Shown here: piece after piece, positions 62,720 to 64,000 of the stretch
How the letters are laid out: the number at the start of each line of letters is the position of its first letter
How positions within the stretch are numbered: the first letter of the stretch is position 1
Assembly (NCBI GenBank): GCA_963767115.1
Contig: CAVYCR010000007.1
Location: 21,863-85,862, forward strand
Source: Candidatus Kaiserbacteria bacterium
Lineage (GTDB): Bacteria; Patescibacteriota; Minisyncoccia; Phycocordibacterales; UBA2100
DNA: 64,000 nucleotides
Direction: 5' to 3'
The notes under the pieces: generated by a model
What the model saw: only the letters and a program-made list of their open reading frames with translations
The model's database searches: none
What the model was told of the DNA's origin: nothing
Made by a program: the position numbers and the translations under genes

Positions 62720-63253
62720 ATGTTCTGGACTTATCGAAAGCCTGTACCGCAGATTCTTCCTGAAGCAGCCCTTGCCAGGGACGTGTATTACTATCGGATT
62801 GGTGCTTTTGACTCACAATTGTACGCATCCTTGATCGCAGTCGGTGTCCCATTGTCCGGCATTCTTTTCCCTAACGACTCTCAAACCAAATGGATTGCTG
62901 TTTCAGTTTGGTTTTTCTTAAGCACTGCATATTGGTTCACTATGGGGATGGAAATGATCTCTCAGATACGTATTAACGTTACGTTAGACCAAAGAATGAC
63001 CGATTCACAACGAACGAGTATGCAGCTGCTGTACTGGGCGGTTGCGATTGCATTCGTGTATTGGTTGCTTGCGTGGGCTTTGTCGGGGAAATCGCTATAC
63101 GGCCTGTACGCGCCAGCCCCAAGCTATGGTTGGGCAGAGTGGTTAATTCTTGCCCATACCCTGTTTGTATCCACATTTTCAATCCAAGTGTTCTACCCGT
63201 TGATGACGGACTACCTCCAATCAACAGGACCACAGCGACTTACAATCAAATAA
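62720..63253 (+). CDS. Hypothetical multi-pass membrane protein (AT-rich accessory gene)
   Basis: The SD sequence aggag lies 7 nt upstream of ATG 62720. There are four or more hydrophobic helices (LYASLIAVGVPLSGILF, WIAVSVWFFLSTAYWFTMGM, LLYWAVAIAFVYWLLAWAL, WLILAHTLFVSTFSIQVFY). A terminator lies downstream. Confidence 0.6.
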   Translation: MFWTYRKPVPQILPEAALARDVYYYRIGAFDSQLYASLIAVGVPLSGILFPNDSQTKWIAVSVWFFLSTAYWFTMGMEMISQIRINVTLDQRMTDSQRTSMQLLYWAVAIAFVYWLLAWALSGKSLYGLYAPAPSYGWAEWLILAHTLFVSTFSIQVFYPLMTDYLQSTGPQRLTIK

Positions 63254-63296
63254 GACAAGACGGATATTTAGAGAGGCCTTTGGTTGCACAAAAGCG

Positions 63297-63327
63297 ACGG
63301 GCAGGGAAATTACCCTGCCCGTTTTTA
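63297..63327 (+). terminator. Rho-independent terminator (acgggcaggg aaatta ccctgcccgt followed by tttt)
   Basis: Perfect 10-bp stem with a 6-nt loop and a T-run, 44 nt after stop codon 63253. Confidence 0.7.
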
Positions 63328-63430
63328 CATGTGAAGTGGTACATTGCTTTGTGAGCAGACTTAATCCTAGCCTTGTCTTTTTATTAACACCTCATTGTGG
63401 AGCCAAATTCCGTCATGATAGACTTTGCAT

Positions 63431-64000
63431 ATGTCAGGAATGGAAGGACCCGGGAAAAACGAAAGTCGTCTTGCAAGATTTATACGCAAGGGTCGGGAGG
63501 CTATGAGGGGCAGGGATTCCGATGAGACGATTCACCTCCACGACCATAGTCATCTTAACCCTCATGCAGGGCCTTTTGAGCAAAATAGAAAACACGAGGA
63601 AGATGAAAGGAGCCGTACAAATTCCCAAGCGCCTACCCCCGTTGTAGAAACTCCCCAACGATTAGATGGAGTAGTTGAAGATCCAGTCAATAAAGGCATG
63701 GATTCTGGGGCAGTAATTGATCCTATATCGCAGGACCCGCAAGATCCAGCACAAGAAGAGAAGGCACCGCGTGCAGTGAGAGGCAGGCCCACTATATCAC
63801 CATCAATTGAGCAGTTAAAAAGACGAATCAGAGAGAAAAAAAGTAGGGAGCGGCGATTGGAAGATCGCGAGACTCAGCCGACCGACCCGGATACATGGAC
63901 GCAAGTTGTACGACCAGAAACCGCAGAAGATCTTGAGTCCGAATTGCGTGGGAATGCAACCGCTGCTGCGTCTGTCTCATACTATCTGGATTCGCACGGT
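63431..64000 (+). CDS. Partial ORF (190 codons, runs off the window end): highly charged, low-complexity hypothetical protein
   Basis: This ORF is absent from the ORF track because no stop codon occurs in the window. The frame is open from ATG 63431, with stop codons at 63416 and 63419 just upstream. TGaTAGACT lies 6 nt upstream of the ATG. Sequence: MSGMEGPGKNESRLARFIRKGREAMRGRDSDETIHLHDHSHLNPH...EQLKRRIREKKSRERRLEDRETQPTDPD... Confidence 0.45.
   Translation, partial: MSGMEGPGKNESRLARFIRKGREAMRGRDSDETIHLHDHSHLNPHAGPFEQNRKHEEDERSRTNSQAPTPVVETPQRLDGVVEDPVNKGMDSGAVIDPISQDPQDPAQEEKAPRAVRGRPTISPSIEQLKRRIREKKSRERRLEDRETQPTDPDTWTQVVRPETAEDLESELRGNATAAASVSYYLDSHG

Overview
This window looks like a chromosomal segment of a small, streamlined bacterium of the CPR/Patescibacteria type. 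That placement is an inference from gene content: a 193-aa EF-Ts, PheS and PheT lacking their N-terminal domains, a split transketolase, a minimal sugar-phosphate core and a sortase. No taxonomic marker RNA is present.

Gene order:
- secA 3' end
- two small minus-strand genes encoding an excisionase-like HTH module plus a TM helix
- gatB
- one giant plus-strand gene, 4475-34046 (9,856 codons if a single extra A at 17441 is ignored). It occupies about 46% of the window.
- gap, rpiB, rpe, tkt (N and C subunits)
- two unannotated convergent mini-ORFs
- a 1,257-aa secreted BNR/Asp-box propeller protein
- a pfkB-family kinase and a class II aldolase
- an AT-rich kinase/nucleotidyltransferase fusion
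- an HhH (Cdd1-like) ORF and a DUF5680-like ORF
- rplY, a secreted hypothetical protein, a coiled-coil lytic transglycosylase, rpmE
- prfA and rpsB, both riddled with single-base indels
- tsf, tRNA-Thr(UGU), a frameshifted thioredoxin-fold gene, a processive GT2 synthase, pheS, pheT, gyrB
- a CARDB-like anchored protein and a sortase
- an AbiEii-type toxin/antitoxin cassette bracketed by a duplicated sortase 3' end
- an AT-rich accessory tail

The main candidate for a novel system is the giant N-terminally membrane-anchored protein. It concatenates phage-tail-fibre-like modules: Hep_Hag-like head repeats, a pectate-lyase-fold beta-helix, an S74 intramolecular chaperone domain and an Ig-like domain. 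Its N-terminal HTH+TM module is shared with the two neighbouring genes.

Other notable signals:
- a window-wide leaderless promoter architecture (TGnTAnnnT, 6-8 nt, ATG), including a perfect 24-bp palindrome between pfkB and fba
- a triple palindromic operator between the GT2 gene and pheS
- long inverted repeats flanking rpmE
- nine single-base indels within 1.33 kb of prfA-rpsB

No rRNA, CRISPR array, transposase or integrase was seen.
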